Origin: Owenia fusiformis
Taxonomy: Eukaryota
Length of the DNA: 64,000 nt
Direction of reading: 5' to 3'
Assembly: GCA_903813345.2 (NCBI GenBank)
Contig: CAIIXF020000001.1
Location: forward strand, 36,084,001 to 36,148,000
Shown here: positions 39,525 through 52,913 of the stretch, piece after piece
How positions within the stretch are numbered: the stretch's first letter is position 1
Layout of the letters: each line of letters starts with the position of its first letter
Translations under genes and position numbers: made by a program
Notes under the pieces: generated by a model
What the model was told of the DNA's origin: nothing
The model's database searches: none
Seen by the model: the letters and a program-made list of their open reading frames with translations, nothing else

Positions 39525-40398
39525 TTCTTAGATAGAATAGAAGATGAATAGTTGTCATATGCAGTATATGTATGGTTTGGATTGTGCATCATTGCATTTT
39601 CATCATCTCTTCCACAGTTTCTAAAGTCACTGTTGTTCATGATTAGGCTAAATGGTTGGGAGACTATAAAATACTTTTTAACAGTACCTGTTTGTCAGAA
39701 GATAGATCAACTGATAATCCAGGACTAATGAAGTTGAGACGCTTTATTAGTATTTAATCCTGCGGAGGAAATAGGAAATAGAAAACATAAATTTTATGAT
39801 TAAAGTGTCATAAATGTTGGGCAAAAGGAGATTATCTGATTATCAGGAATTATACTTGATCATAGTTTAGAATGATGTACCTAGAAGGTTTATAGCTTAT
39901 TTTAATTATTACACTTTTGCATAACTTAGAGCATAACTTGGAGCACCACCATGAATATGTTTCACTGGAGAAAATTACATGTGTGTTACTGTCTAAAAAT
40001 TAACATTAGTGAACCCAAATATATTGATTGATTTAGTTGTTCAATGATATTTCCTGTGTCTTTGAGACAAAAAACTTAATAACATCCGAATAGGTTATTA
40101 GTTACCAATTTGAAATTTATAAAGATCATTGACTTTTCATATAACGTTCAGAGGGACCCTTTCAGAATACGGATAAAATTAGGTCTACAATCTGGCATTT
40201 AACCCCAAAATATAGCTCTCATTTAGCACTAGGCAATGATATGATGATCATATGTTCTTTGGGCTTTGCAAAAGAATGAGAAAAAGTTACTAGATAGGTT
40301 GTTTATGTGTATTCAAAACTTGGGAGTATGAAGTCATGATATAGGTAGAACTGTATATATCACAGAACTATATGTTGCATAATGTGAGATATGAGTTA

Positions 40399-40581
40399 CA
40401 GTAAAACCTGTCTGTGTTGAACAGTGAGCAGAGAAAAAAGATTCAGTGCTGGTAGGTGTTCGATACAGAGAATGTAGTTTATACAGAAGTCAGTAGAATA
40501 TGTGCAGAGGAAGGACTGTTCACTGTCTAGTAGAGACAGGTGTTCACTATAGAGAGGAGTTCACCAAGACAGGTTTTACTA
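40399..40581. mobile_element. Tc1/mariner (pogo-like) MITE (183 bp)
   Basis: TA-CAGTAAAACCTGTCT ... AGACAGGTTTTACTA-TA, with the terminal base mismatched. Internal GTTCACT repeats. Confidence 0.75.
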
Positions 40582-41692
40582 TATATGGGAAATTCCTATC
40601 TGGGAGTGGGTGGTATTTGATTAACTTATTTCCATATTTTCTGTGTTGTTATCTGGTTTCAATCTGTCTGTAATGAAAACTTCTCATACTTCTCCCCTAA
40701 TAGGGCTCAATAACCTAGTACCCCTTAATTTGAAGAAAAAATCTAATCATATGTGTACCTTTAACGAGTACGCTTACATATTTTAGAATCTTTTATCTCA
40801 TATTTTGAAATAGCATCACATTTAACATGGTTAAAGTCAGTAATGATATATAACGTTACCAGAATTTGATTGGTTAAAAATGCTAACGTTACATACCAAT
40901 AGAGTTAACTATCTGGCCACCAAACGTGTAAGTGCTCTGAGATGGATTTTCATTAGTAAGTAAAGATAGGATTTGACATATTGATACATGCCCCACGAGT
41001 TAGTCTCTGGTATTCTTTTTAAACTTGGTTAATTGGAGAATTTTATCATTTCAGATATTCATTTGATGTAAAAAGAAATAACCTGAAGCAGTATTAGAAA
41101 AACACTAATACATAGAAGCATGATTTAAGTAAAAATCAAAATTTTATATATATCTTGGTATTAATTTTGATTTTGAATACATTTGATATTTATTTTTATA
41201 TATGAATTTTCCTGTAGCTTAGAAACTGAGGTATTAATTTTGCATATTCATATGTTAAGGCAATATTATTCCTGTAGTCATTATATAATCATTGAGAGTG
41301 TCATATGTAAAATGGCTGTTACTTTGAAGATGACTTATTGCGTGATATATAGACAGTTGCTTTGTATAAGAGCCAGAAGCAGACAAACAAGCCTATTGAC
41401 TATTGACTTTACGTCATTGCCCCATCACTTTTCCTGCATCAATGATTGCACTCAAAAAGTAAATGAAAATGAATGTGTACAATCAACAAAAAGATTTAGG
41501 AGAGGACATGAATCCACTGTCACTGGAGCTCTGATTCAATGTTTCAATCGAAGCAGAAATAAAATGGTATTTTGACATTTCATCATCTCATGTGATTCCA
41601 GAAGGAATAGTTATGGTCCCATGGTTGTAAATAATTATTATTTTGTAGCAAATCCTTTTCAGTAGAAAATGAAGAATATCACATATTATACT

Positions 41693-41858
41693 GGAGGTCA
41701 TTAACAGAAACTTCTTTAAATTAAGAATTCTTGAATCGATTGATGTAGCCATGGATACAATGACATCAGAGGAAAAGAACAATGAACTTTGGGAATTCTT
41801 GGCTACAACTATTGATCATGGAATCTTTAACTTTATGAAGTTTCTGTTAATGACCTCC
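41693..41858. repeat. 166-bp foldback inverted repeat
   Basis: GGAGGTCATTAACAGAAACTTC is perfectly mirrored (22 bp). Imperfect pairing continues inward to GTAGCCA/TGGCTAC. Confidence 0.8.
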
Positions 41859-42275
41859 TGAACACTAATGATACTGACAGATAATTATGAACTCTGATCA
41901 GACTTTCAAACTTCTAAAAAAAAAATTTTAAATTTTTTTATGTCTTTTTCTGATAAAACAATGATATAATCGTATATAACAATGATATAATCTTCATAAT
42001 AAAACCAAATAGTACATCAATTCTGAGGTTATAATTCTCTGGGGATAAAGCTTTGTCAGCCACATGGCATCTTAACAAAGAGAACATGCTTGTAATCTGT
42101 TATTTGCATGTTAGAACAAGTACCTTGTCTCTTGCTTCGAGATGCTATTGCTAATTAATGTTCTTCCATCAATGAAATATACATTATTTTTGCACACCAT
42201 TCCGCTTCAGAAAACTACCCTTTTTGTAGTCAGTCTGTTTCTACATGTATAAACCGGAAAACATCTATAAGAATA

Positions 42276-42610
42276 ATTATTACCACCTTGCCGGGCCAGT
42301 TCTAGGGGTTTTAGTGCTAGTTTAGAAGGCATTGATTTTACTATATCGACCTGAGAAATGTGTGACGTCATAGTGGTGGTCCATATGGACCGGTCTAGAA
42401 TATATTCTGGACCGGCAATTTTCCCCGGGAAATTAGATATCGTTCAATGCGTAAGATTTTCTTGCTGTTTCAGTCCTGGTTGTTAACGGTGGTAATAATA
42501 CTAATAACGTCATTTCTGCGAGCAATATAGTGAAATATTGGACCGAGGGCCTTTGGCCTTTGGCCCTCGGTCCAATATTTCACTATATTGCCCTTAGAAA
42601 TGACGTTATT
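42276..42610 (+). mobile_element. TSD-less A...A'-B-B' element (Crypton-like by inference)
   Basis: ATTATTACCACC (42276-42287) / GGTGGTAATAAT (42488-42499), then a palindrome with 49-bp arms (42503-42551 / 42562-42610, 3 mismatches). Internal palindromes GGTCCATATGGACC and CGGTCTAGAATATATTCTGGACCG. Confidence 0.7.
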
Positions 42611-44157
42611 GTACTATTATAAGTAGTATGCTCGTCTATGTCTCTTGTGCATATTGAATGAACATTGCTTTTAACAATTGCACCAGATTGATAGAACAAT
42701 GTATGTGTTCTTAAGTGGCCCCTAACCTTATATACCTATCTTGTGTTATAATAATATTTATTTCATATTCCCACAACAACAAGGTCTATTGGGTACCTGA
42801 CAATTCATGTTTTGATCATTTCATTTCCCTTGATGTCTTCATTTTCCATTGATTTGACTTCTTGGGGCCAGTTAAGTAGTAAATTCATTGATGTACCTTA
42901 CAATATGGGTCTTTAATGAGATTTTTCCCACATCGTAATGAAGATACATTTACAACACTAGTAGATGATGTCACGAGTAATGTTCAAGGAATACAAATGA
43001 AAAGGTTTAATTTCATAGTAATATTACATTGTCTGACAACATCCATTTAATTAGTTCTTATGCCAGGTCTGTAGGCTCTACCTTGATGTTACAGCAACAT
43101 ATCAATGGTTTGGTAATAAGTCTATTGTAGCTAGGTACTATTGATCTCATTCTGTAGAAATTCACTCATGATTTTCTAATCGAAATACACCTTTCATATT
43201 CTGACACGCAGAGGGATGGGGAATAACAATTGGTTAGACTGCATGGGCAGAAACCTTCCCTATGTTCGACTGTTCGTCTGGTAGAGTTCGATATAGAAAA
43301 ACATTTTCAAAATAATCCTTATTATTAGAAACTGGGGCTGACATCCGTTTTCTGAATTCCCAATATTATATTTATTCCAGGGAAGTATATATTGATACGC
43401 ACCCTTGCATGTGCAAATTTCTTCAAGGCCCCATCCCTAACAATGATAAATGTATTTTACATGAAATTTATTGTACAATACAAGCAATTACCTATGAAAA
43501 ATACAATATTCATTCTTCGTGCCTATTATGATGAATTCTATCTTAGATGCATTTTATTCTATTATTGGTTTGTCCGTATTTATTTTAAATTACGTCAGAA
43601 TAATATTTATAATGAGCACAGCTTTGTTTACAGTTTTATCATGTTTACATTTGTCATTGCAGTTGTTACCAATATATTGTTCATTAATAGCTCTATAACA
43701 TTCTAAAATACATATGGAAATCAATTAAAAAGTTATAATGACCTTTAAATTTAAATGTGTCCCTGATGTGTTGTTGACGGTATCTAGGGGTTATTTATAT
43801 CTGATTTATTCCTATCCGTAAAGCGAATACTTTGTCATGTCTTCAATATCACTCTTGAAATAATAAAGTAATTCTTATTTATCTTTGAAATAAATTTTTT
43901 GAAACGTGATAAGACTGTACATTAAGATAAGTTATTCATGATGTAATTCAACTCAGATTTTGTTTTTTAAAATCATATAAATATGACATTTATTGAAGTA
44001 GGCATGTACGCATGTTATATTAGTTATTTTACATGCTTTTTTTACCTGAATGAAACGGCTGCTTATATTATAATAGTATTTATTTTCTAGAATTTGCCAA
44101 ATAGACAGTTGACTTATGAAAATAAATACATGGTTTTCAATAGTCTTTACCATGCCC

Positions 44158-44692
44158 TTTTGATACTGATCATGGCCCATTTGATACTGATCATGGCCCA
44201 TTTTGATACTGATCATGGCCCATTTGATACTGATCATGGCCCATTTTGATACTGATCGTGGCCCATTTTGATACTGATCATGGCATATTTTGATACTGAT
44301 TATGGCCCATTTTGATACTGGTCATGGCCTATTTTGATACTGATCATGGCCTATTTTGATGCTCATCATGGTCTATTTTGATACTGATTATGGCCCATTT
44401 TGATACTGATCGTGGCCCATTTTGATACTGATCATGGCCTATTTTGATACTGATTATGGCCCATTTTGATGCTGATCGTGGCCCATTTTGATACTGATTA
44501 TGGCCCATTTTGATACTGATCATGGCCTATTTTAATACTGATTATGGCCCATGTTGATGCTGATCATGGCCCATTTTGATACTCCTATTTTGATACTGAT
44601 TATGGCCCATTTTGATACTCCTATTTTGATACTGATCATGGCCTATTTTGATACTGATTATGGCCCATTTTGATGCTGATCATTGCCCATTT
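44158..44692. repeat. 22-bp minisatellite (TTTGATACTGATCATGGCCCAT), about 24 copies
   Basis: Directly visible tandem array with two truncated units near 44580-44625. Confidence 0.95.
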
Positions 44693-45778
44693 CTTTAAAC
44701 CATGTGATTCCAAATGGAAATATTGCCAAAGTCATCTATTATAGGCTTCTTTACATTTATGAGTAATTGATGACAAGATATTGTCGCAATACATTACAAG
44801 ATGATAAATGTCTTGTAATTAAACCACATTGACAAGTATAAGTGAAAGAATGCTCAACAGCTTAAGTATAATTGATTAGCTGACGAAAGTTTTATAGAAT
44901 ACTCATAGAAGTTTTGCTCATAGTATCTTTATGGAGAGCTTCATTAGAGGAATTTCTTAGTAATTTTAGGAGGGGTGCATTTTCTTAACAGATTGATACC
45001 AAATTGGTATATGCCTGTATAATGTAGGAGTATTCCAGTTTCAAAATATATACCCTGTATTAATCAACTTCTAAGATTCTGAACCTCTCAATCTCGACAA
45101 TCAACACCAATGACTTTTTTAACATCCATCTAAATATTATTTTTGTATCAATGTCATTTTAACAAATTAACATCTGTGACAAAATTAATGTAGTTGTTAT
45201 ATACATGTAGATAAATAATCATGAATCAAACTTTCTATTATAAACAACTCAAGGGTTAAGAAAATGTCATGTGACAGTGTCTCTGCCCTTTGCTCTCTCT
45301 TGTGGGGAGAGCCACTGGGGGTAGAGGGATGTGTTGTGACCTTTATGTAAGATTTTGTGTCTCTTTGAACTGAGTGTCTCAAAATAATTTTTTTTTGAAG
45401 CGTTAATGGTGTAATGATCATGGTATTAAGCATATTGTATTGGTTCTTTAATTGGTAATCAAAGAACCAGGCCAATTGATTTCTCAGGATCAATTTACTA
45501 AGATGCTTGACATTATGTGTACTCTCCAAAGTTTGACTTTCTAAGATCATATACATGTAACTTATTACATTGACTAAATCCATTCATTTGAATTCATGCT
45601 GGAAATCAATTTTGACTAATTAAACTTTGTTGTATCAATGTGTGAGAAAGGATCATATTTTGTGTAGAATCAACATTGAACTATTAAACATTATGAGTTA
45701 ATGGTAGAACTTAATAACTACAGATATATTAAGATATTTAAACTGAATGTTTTGTTGATTTCACATTTTCATTTCCAG

Positions 45779-45880
45779 GCATTCACACATTCTTGATGGT
45801 TTAAGTTTGAGGGAGAAAAAAGAAGCAGAGCAGAGCTAACTACATCAAGCTGACATAGATATTGATAATAACATTATCTG
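45779..45880 (+). other. Candidate non-coding exon (102 nt)
   Basis: Strong acceptor tttcacattttcatttccag, donor CTG|gtaagt, purine-rich interior. Stops in all three frames. Confidence 0.5.
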
Positions 45881-45899
45881 GTAAGTAATGTTTCACTAA

Positions 45900-46190
45900 C
45901 ACTTGTAATACATTCTAGGGTCTATGCTAGACTATATAAAAGGTTGATGCTGGACTATCCACTTAATACATTCTATGGGCTATGCTAGACTATATAAAAG
46001 GTTGATGCTGGACTATCCATTGGGTCTTAGACTATGCTAGATACCTATGTTAATGATAGTTTAGAGACTAGACTGTCTAGGGCTATTGCTAGACTATGTA
46101 AGGGGTGGGATTGATGCTAGACTATTCCTTATTTACGGGACTTTATTAGACTAATTAAGGTATAAGGTTGATGCTAGTCCTTTCTAGAGT
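45900..46190. repeat. ~60-bp tandem repeat x2 plus degenerate (TGCTAGACTAT) copies
   Basis: CTATGCTAGACTATATAAAAGGTTGATGCTGGACTATCCA occurs twice in tandem. Confidence 0.8.
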
Positions 46191-49066
46191 TTATATAAAT
46201 ATGACTAACTACCATTCTTAGTATGTACTGATGATCAAACACTCCTCAAGCAAAATTGTTGTTGTTTATTTGGCATTTTATCATTTGTATTTGGAGAATT
46301 TGCTGACTCACACATAACAGAGTAGTTATAGAATATGACTAGGTACATGATGTTGTTCAATCCTTGCCATTGTCTTTATTAGATGAAGACTCTATATTTG
46401 TTAGTATGCAAGAAGATACAATACAGTCTGGGAATTGTGCTATTGTAATTACATATTCTTTTATTGACTCTTATATATGTCAGTCTCTCCGACACATGGG
46501 GACACATACAGTTATTTTTATATACAATATTGACTCCTGTGTCAAATATGCTGTCACTTTTAACATGTTTGGCATATTAGCAAATAGTATATGGATTGCG
46601 ATGAGAAAAAGAAGACAGTCCTAGTTCAACGAATCGTAATGATTGGAAACCCCATTTATTGTACTTAAGATCATATTTATTATCTAATTATACTTTGAAC
46701 GTGAAGTGAAAAGTAGTCCCTGGGCAAACCATGTTTAATGTATTGAACACTAATTGTTGCAATAAATGTCACTGTGCCACAAATAATGGATATAAATAGA
46801 TATGATAATGCGAGCCTAAAATCAGTTGTCTCTTAAAAAACTCAATTGATGTATACATATATCCGAAGCAGCATATTTCTGGCCTTCCTTTTCTAATAAT
46901 TTGGTTTTGCCCCATTAAAAGAGAAATTGGCTGCATCTATTTTTATCAATAGTAGTGATTTGAAAAAATCAGTATTCAGGACTGATAAGATCTAAATGAT
47001 ACTAATATGAAATAAATGCCTGGTTTATTTGAAGGCATAAAACAATTCAAATTAGATAGCTGAATTTTGATGAACCTACCAGATTGGTTATAAGCCTAGA
47101 TCAAATAATTATCTTTTGTTATTCAAGTACAGATGAAGCTCTCTTTTAAGGTGCACAGGCCACCTATTGAAAGGGTGTTTATATGCTAGTCCAGACATAA
47201 GCAACACATACCAACACCCGACACATTTATGCTAATTTGTACATGCCTCTAAGTAAAGCTCATGTTATTATGTATATCAGTAAAACATATGTTCAAGGCC
47301 TTCATAAATTGAATAAAAGGTGTATTGGATGGACACCTAACTTCATTGGAAGTGGACCTCATTTATAAAAAAGTAATTAGAAAATCAGGCAATATTAATC
47401 GGAAGTTAAACTGAATTCTGTCACAACCAAAGCTCTATATTTGGATATTCTGATACAGGTAATTACTTCAGCATAATATTTTAATATAAATTGAAGTTTT
47501 AGTATAAGTGTGTTAGGATCTGATGCAGAAGATCATGATTTAAAAGCCATTTTCAAGGTTTTTTTTCAAAAATATTAAATTACATGAATAATATAAGGAT
47601 GCATTTAATTGCTTAAACAATTAAGAAATATTGTTGATTACTTGTGGTAACCCAAATGATGTAAGCCTATGGTAATGTTCAACTTGTCATCTGAGTTAAT
47701 ACTATAACTTGGTAAATCAATGGCATGATGATACTGGATAATGTAAATTCGTATATAGCTTAAAGATCATATGTTTTGCAGTATATTATCCCCATTCAAC
47801 TGTTTAAACATACAATTAATGCATTTTAAAGCTCTAGGGTGTCTCTGCTTGAGTAACAGTGCAAAAAGGGTTCCATCTCAATGCCTCTTAATATGCACAT
47901 ATCCCACATAAAGTTTGCATTGACCATATACATATACGTACTACACTGCACATATTACTGTATGTGATAAGGCAACTGAAAGTCAGGTAAGGATTTTGTT
48001 AAGTTCATTTTTGATAAGATACATTGATATTATAAGTTCTCAAAATGTAGGATATAAGTTTCAGTTATTTGGTTAGTGAAGGAACTGTAGTAGGGATGTG
48101 TCCTTTGCTATAAAGAAACACTCCCCATTGATTATGCGTAGTGAACTTCTACATGTATGCAGAAGTAAATAGCATATTAAACCTAGATGGGGACTGTATG
48201 TATTTTCAGAAGTTTTAATAGCTTCCTAATCGGAGCCCCATTTTTTCACGTATATAAGTCATTCCGTACAAATTCTGCACAAAAAGTGTATAAATGTACC
48301 TAGATTTGAGTGTTATACATGTTCTTGTATAGTAGAAATGCTGATGAGTTCATCAATATAAATGCTGATTTACAGGAAAATATATATAATTCATTCTAGT
48401 TTTGTAAAAATATTGATAATCAAGATGCATAAAAGTAGAGACAATGTTTAAATCTTGCAATATTTGACTTGCAATGCATTATTTTCACCAGGTGCCTTGA
48501 GTGCACAAAGCGGAACATCCATGACAGTTTATCCCATCGTATGCACTCTGTTTTATGTCTTTACAATAAAAGTCAACGTGACACGCCTGGTATTTTGTCC
48601 TTTCATTCATATCGTAAGTGTGGTGGCTGGTTACATGCTTATACTCCAGAAATCTGTATTGATTGTGGGCTTGTTTTCATCATATCCTTAATACTCCAAG
48701 GTTGTTCAGTCTATACTTTCGGCTCAGTTACTGCTTCATAAACAATGCCTTTTGAAACAGTGGTGCTGATTTCCTGATTTTATTTATTTTTATGAGACTT
48801 TGATGTAAAATAACCCTTGGAGGCTGTTTGGAGAAGAAGTTTGAATTTTTTTATTTTTTCACATTCTCATATTTCACCTTACTTTTTTACTAGCATACAT
48901 TTTCCCAATGTTCCCAATGAGCAATATCTCTTTTTACGTCATCTACACTAGCAATCTCTCCTCTACTGAAGAGTCCAGTGTTCTTTTATTTGCACTCATA
49001 TATTAATGTACCACATCTTTTTTTCTTGCCTGAAGTGCTGATTGAACATACTCTACCACTTAGTTG

Positions 49067-49240
49067 GTGGAATTGTTCTAGAACTCACAAAATGAAGTTG
49101 CATACAAGTGGAATTGTTCTAGAACTCACAAAATAGAGTTACATACAGGTGGAATTGTTCTAGAACTTACAAAATAGAGTTACATACAGGTGTACCTGTT
49201 CTAGAACTCACAAAGTAGAGACTTGTTATAAAACTCATAA
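49067..49240. repeat. 41-bp minisatellite, about 4 copies
   Basis: GTGGAATTGTTCTAGAACTCACAAAATAGAGTTACATACAG units. Confidence 0.9.
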
Positions 49241-49279
49241 AATATAAGCTTATGGTAGATAGAGTGTCAGTTTTCAAGT

Positions 49280-49378
49280 TCAATTTTTTAGTGATTAAAC
49301 CCTAGGATCGAAAATAGAATACCTTTGGAACACCCTGCATTCTATTTTCAATCCTAGGGTTTAATCACTAAAAATTGA
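49280..49378. repeat. Near-perfect 99-nt hairpin
   Basis: 36-bp arms TTTTTAGTGATTAAACCCTAGGATCGAAAATAGAAT with 1 mismatch and an 18-nt loop. Confidence 0.85.
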
Positions 49379-50069
49379 CAGTTTTATGGTGATGTAACTC
49401 CCTGCCCCTACCTACCTTTTAGAAACATATATGAATTATAGCTTGACAAAATTCTTGTCAAAAGTGAAAGAAGTTAAGATTTAATGTATTTAACTTATGA
49501 CACGCCCCCATCTTCAATTACCAAGGTTTGGAAATCAAACTGGTAAGCTAGTATGAGACATCCCGTGTGTAATGATTTTCTTGAGGGTCTATATGACATA
49601 AGAGAGATGTGACATCATGTTTTGTTACTGATCAATCCCTGGCTACGTGAGCATCTCTTTGAAGCTGGTCTTTCCCATTAGGGAAGCATTTGGTATGCAT
49701 GGATTTTTCTTCCTTTTGTCTTTGGTGTGAAAAGTCATTGCATAAGTATTGGTAATTTGGCCATTTTTCTGTAGACTGGAGGAGGAATGGTTTAATGTCA
49801 CATTTGAAATTCCACTGAAGTACATCGGATGATTTACACCATTAATTAGGTGTTAGGATCTAGAATAAAAAATTATGGTGATGGCATTCAAAAGTACCTT
49901 TTGCAACCTTTCCCCCCCACCTGGGACTCACAAGGTCTTGTAGCTAGACTACAATTTCGAATGGGGAAACTAAAATGTGATCTATAATAATATCAAGATG
50001 ATGGGTATGGTTTTGAAATTCAAAAATTTACTCTCAGGAGTTTATTTTTAAGGCCTAATGCCTTATTTT

Positions 50070-50107
50070 TAGCTCACATGGTGAGCTTTTGCAATCACTC
50101 ACTTGTC

Positions 50108-50139
<32 letters not shown>

Positions 50140-52250
50140 CGTCCGTCCGTCCGTCTGTCTGTCAACAATATTGGCACGTTTTAAACCTCTGTCGATAGGA
50201 TTCCTGTTTTAAGTTATTTCTGTTCAACATCAATACAGAAAACCCCCTATGACTCCTGGTTCAAAAGCTCGCCTATTTTCAAAATGGCCGTCACTTTTGT
50301 CTCGCGAAATTCACTTTTAGCCCATTTCCTAGCTAACCTCTGTCGATAGGATTCCTGTTTTAAGTTATTTCTGTTCAACATCAATACAGAAAACCCCCCT
50401 ATGACTCCTGGTTCAAAAGCTCACCTATTTTCAAAATGGCCGCCACTTTTGTCTCGCGAAATTCACTTTTGGCCCATTTCCTAGCTTTACAAATAATTTC
50501 AGGTGTCCTACATTGTAAAAATCCATGTCAATGTAAAGATTAGATATATGTAATAATTTTGTTACAAAAAATCAGCGAAAAATTGTATCCATTTTTTTAT
50601 TTTCAGCCATTTTAGTTAACATTGATTTGTCTATCTGACTCGCGAAATCCACTTTCTGTCAATAACAGTGGCACGTTTTAAAACCTCTGTCGATAGGATT
50701 CCTGTTTTAAGTTATTTCTGTTCAACATGAATTCAGAAAACTCCCCTATGACTCCTGGTTCAAAAGCTCGCCTATTTTCAAAATGGCCGCCATTTTTGTC
50801 TCGCGAAATTCACTTTTGACCCATTTCCTAGCTTTACATATTATTTCAAGTGTCCTACATTGTAGAAATCCATTGCAAAGTAAAGAGTAGATGTATGAAA
50901 TAATTTTGTTACGAAAAATCAGCGAAAAATTATATCCATTTATTTATTTTCAGCCATTTTAGTTAACATTGATTTGTCCATCTGTCTCGCAAAATTCACT
51001 TTTGGACCATTTACCTTAAACCCTCTGTCGATAGGATTCCCATTTTAAGTTATTTTTGTTCAACATCAATACAAAAAACTCTCCTATGACTCTTGGTTCA
51101 AAAGCTCGGCTATTTTCAAAATGGCCGTCACTTTTGTCTCGCGAAATTCACTTTTGACCCATTTCCTAGCTTTACAAATAATTTCAGGTGTCCTACATTG
51201 TAAAAATCCATGTCAATGTAAAGGGTACATATATGAAATAATTTTGTTACAAAAAATCAGCGAAAAATTGTATCCATTTTTTTATTTTCAGCCATTTTAG
51301 TTAACATTGATTTGTCTATCTGATTCGCGAAATCCACTTTCTGTGGCACGTTTTAAAACCTCTGTTGATAGGATTCCTGTTTTAAGTTATTTCTGTTCAA
51401 CATCAATTCAGAAAACTCCCCTTTGACTCCTGGTTCAAAAGCTCGCCTATTTTCAAAATGGCCACCATTTTTGTCTCGCGAAATTCACTTTTGACCCATT
51501 TCCTAGCTTTACAAATAATTTCAAGTGTCCTACATTGTAAAAATCCATGTCAATGTAAAGAGTAGATGTATGAAATAATTTTGTTACGAAAAATTAGCGA
51601 AAAATTATATCCATTTATTTATTTTCAGCCATTTTAGTTAACATTGATTTGTCCATCTGTCTCGCGAAATTCACTTTTTGCCCATTTCCTAGCTTTACAA
51701 ATAATTTCAGCTGTCCTGCATTGTAAAAAGCCATGTCACTGTAAAAGGTAGTTGTATGAAATAATTTTGTTACAAAAAATTGGCAAAATATTATATCCGT
51801 TTTTTTTATTTTCAGCCATTTTAGTTAACATTGATTTGTCCATCTGTCTCGCGAAATCCTCTTTTGTACCATTTGCTTAAAACCTCTGTCGATAGGATTC
51901 CAGTTTTAAGTTATTTTTGTTCAACATCAATACAAAAACTCCCCTATGACTCCTGGTTCAAAAGCTTGCCTGATTTCAAAATGGTCGCCATTTTTGTCTC
52001 GCGAAATTCAATTTTGGCCCATTTCCTAGCTTTACAAATAATTTCAGGTGTCTTGCATTGCAAAAAGCCATGTCACTGTAAAGAGTAGTTGTATGAAATA
52101 ATTTTGTTACAAATTATTGGCAAAAAATTATATCCGTTTTTTTTCAGCCATTTTAATTGACTGAGAGACAGATGGCTTGAAATAATTTTGTAACAAAAAA
52201 TCAGCAAAAAATGTGACCATGTGAGCCCAGTACCCACGGTACTAATTTTT
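50070..52250 (+). mobile_element. Helentron-associated element (HINE) with expanded two-module satellite core
   Basis: Perfect 11-bp subTIR GCTCACATGGT / ACCATGTGAGC. 5' palindrome AGCTCAC-atg-GTGAGCT. (GTCC/GTCT)n. 3' hairpin AGTACC-cac-GGTACT. T-runs at both ends. Core of ~150-bp and ~170-190-bp modules. Confidence 0.9.
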
Positions 52251-52452
52251 AAGACTTAAGGACAGAGATAAACTGTGTATGGCCATCATGAAAAAGTATT
52301 TTAGAATTCAATGAAATTATTAACAAGTATTAGAGTGTGAATATTATTTTTAATGTATATACTAAGGGGAGGCATCAAAAGTTCGATGTCGGATCGGAAA
52401 CTAAATAAATCTAGTTTTGACTCAGACCCCCCCCCCCCTCCCCCCAAAACTA

Positions 52453-52913
52453 AGGAGACACACAACCATTAGATCCTTCCGCCGAGTGGGAAGACGAATA
52501 GATGGCATTATAAAAACAAAAATATAGTCCAATTATTGTAATTACATTAGCATCACCAGTGGTTGGATTTTGGTAAGTACATGAATGAAAAAGTGTATGT
52601 GTGGACCAACTCTGAGACATGATTTGATGTGATTAAGGTGCATTTTCTTTTAAAAATTTGACCTTTTTGACCTGCCTCCATCTGTCAAAATCAGAATTAC
52701 ATTTTTTGACATTTTCTATAGATGGCGTCTTCAACAGGTGAGATCTTTTGATTTTCGTGGGGAGTTTTGATTCAAACTTTTTTGACTGACAGAGGACATA
52801 CTGGGGTATGATGCAATGATAGCAAAACATGTCCACAAATCTTAGTTTTCTCTTGAAGACAGATTGTTTGTATGGGAATACGCATGTTATAACAATTAGT
52901 TGGGTTAACCCTA
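52453..52913 (+). repeat. 461-bp direct repeat, copy 1 (copy 2 at 54540-55000)
   Basis: Apparently identical by eye. The ORF track gives the same 67-aa translation in both copies. Confidence 0.95.

Noticed and set aside
43953..44237. 94-aa ORF with repeated MISIK/GHDQYQ motifs
   Set aside because: Translation of the 22-bp minisatellite.
44158..44692. Regular short repeats resembling a CRISPR array
   Set aside because: Units are contiguous with no unique spacers, there are no cas genes, and the context is eukaryotic.
41183..45583. Longest ORFs in the track (130, 104 and 128 aa)
   Set aside because: Low-complexity I/F/Y/L-rich translations expected from AT-rich DNA, two of the three starting at TTG. 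No domains and no supporting splice structure.
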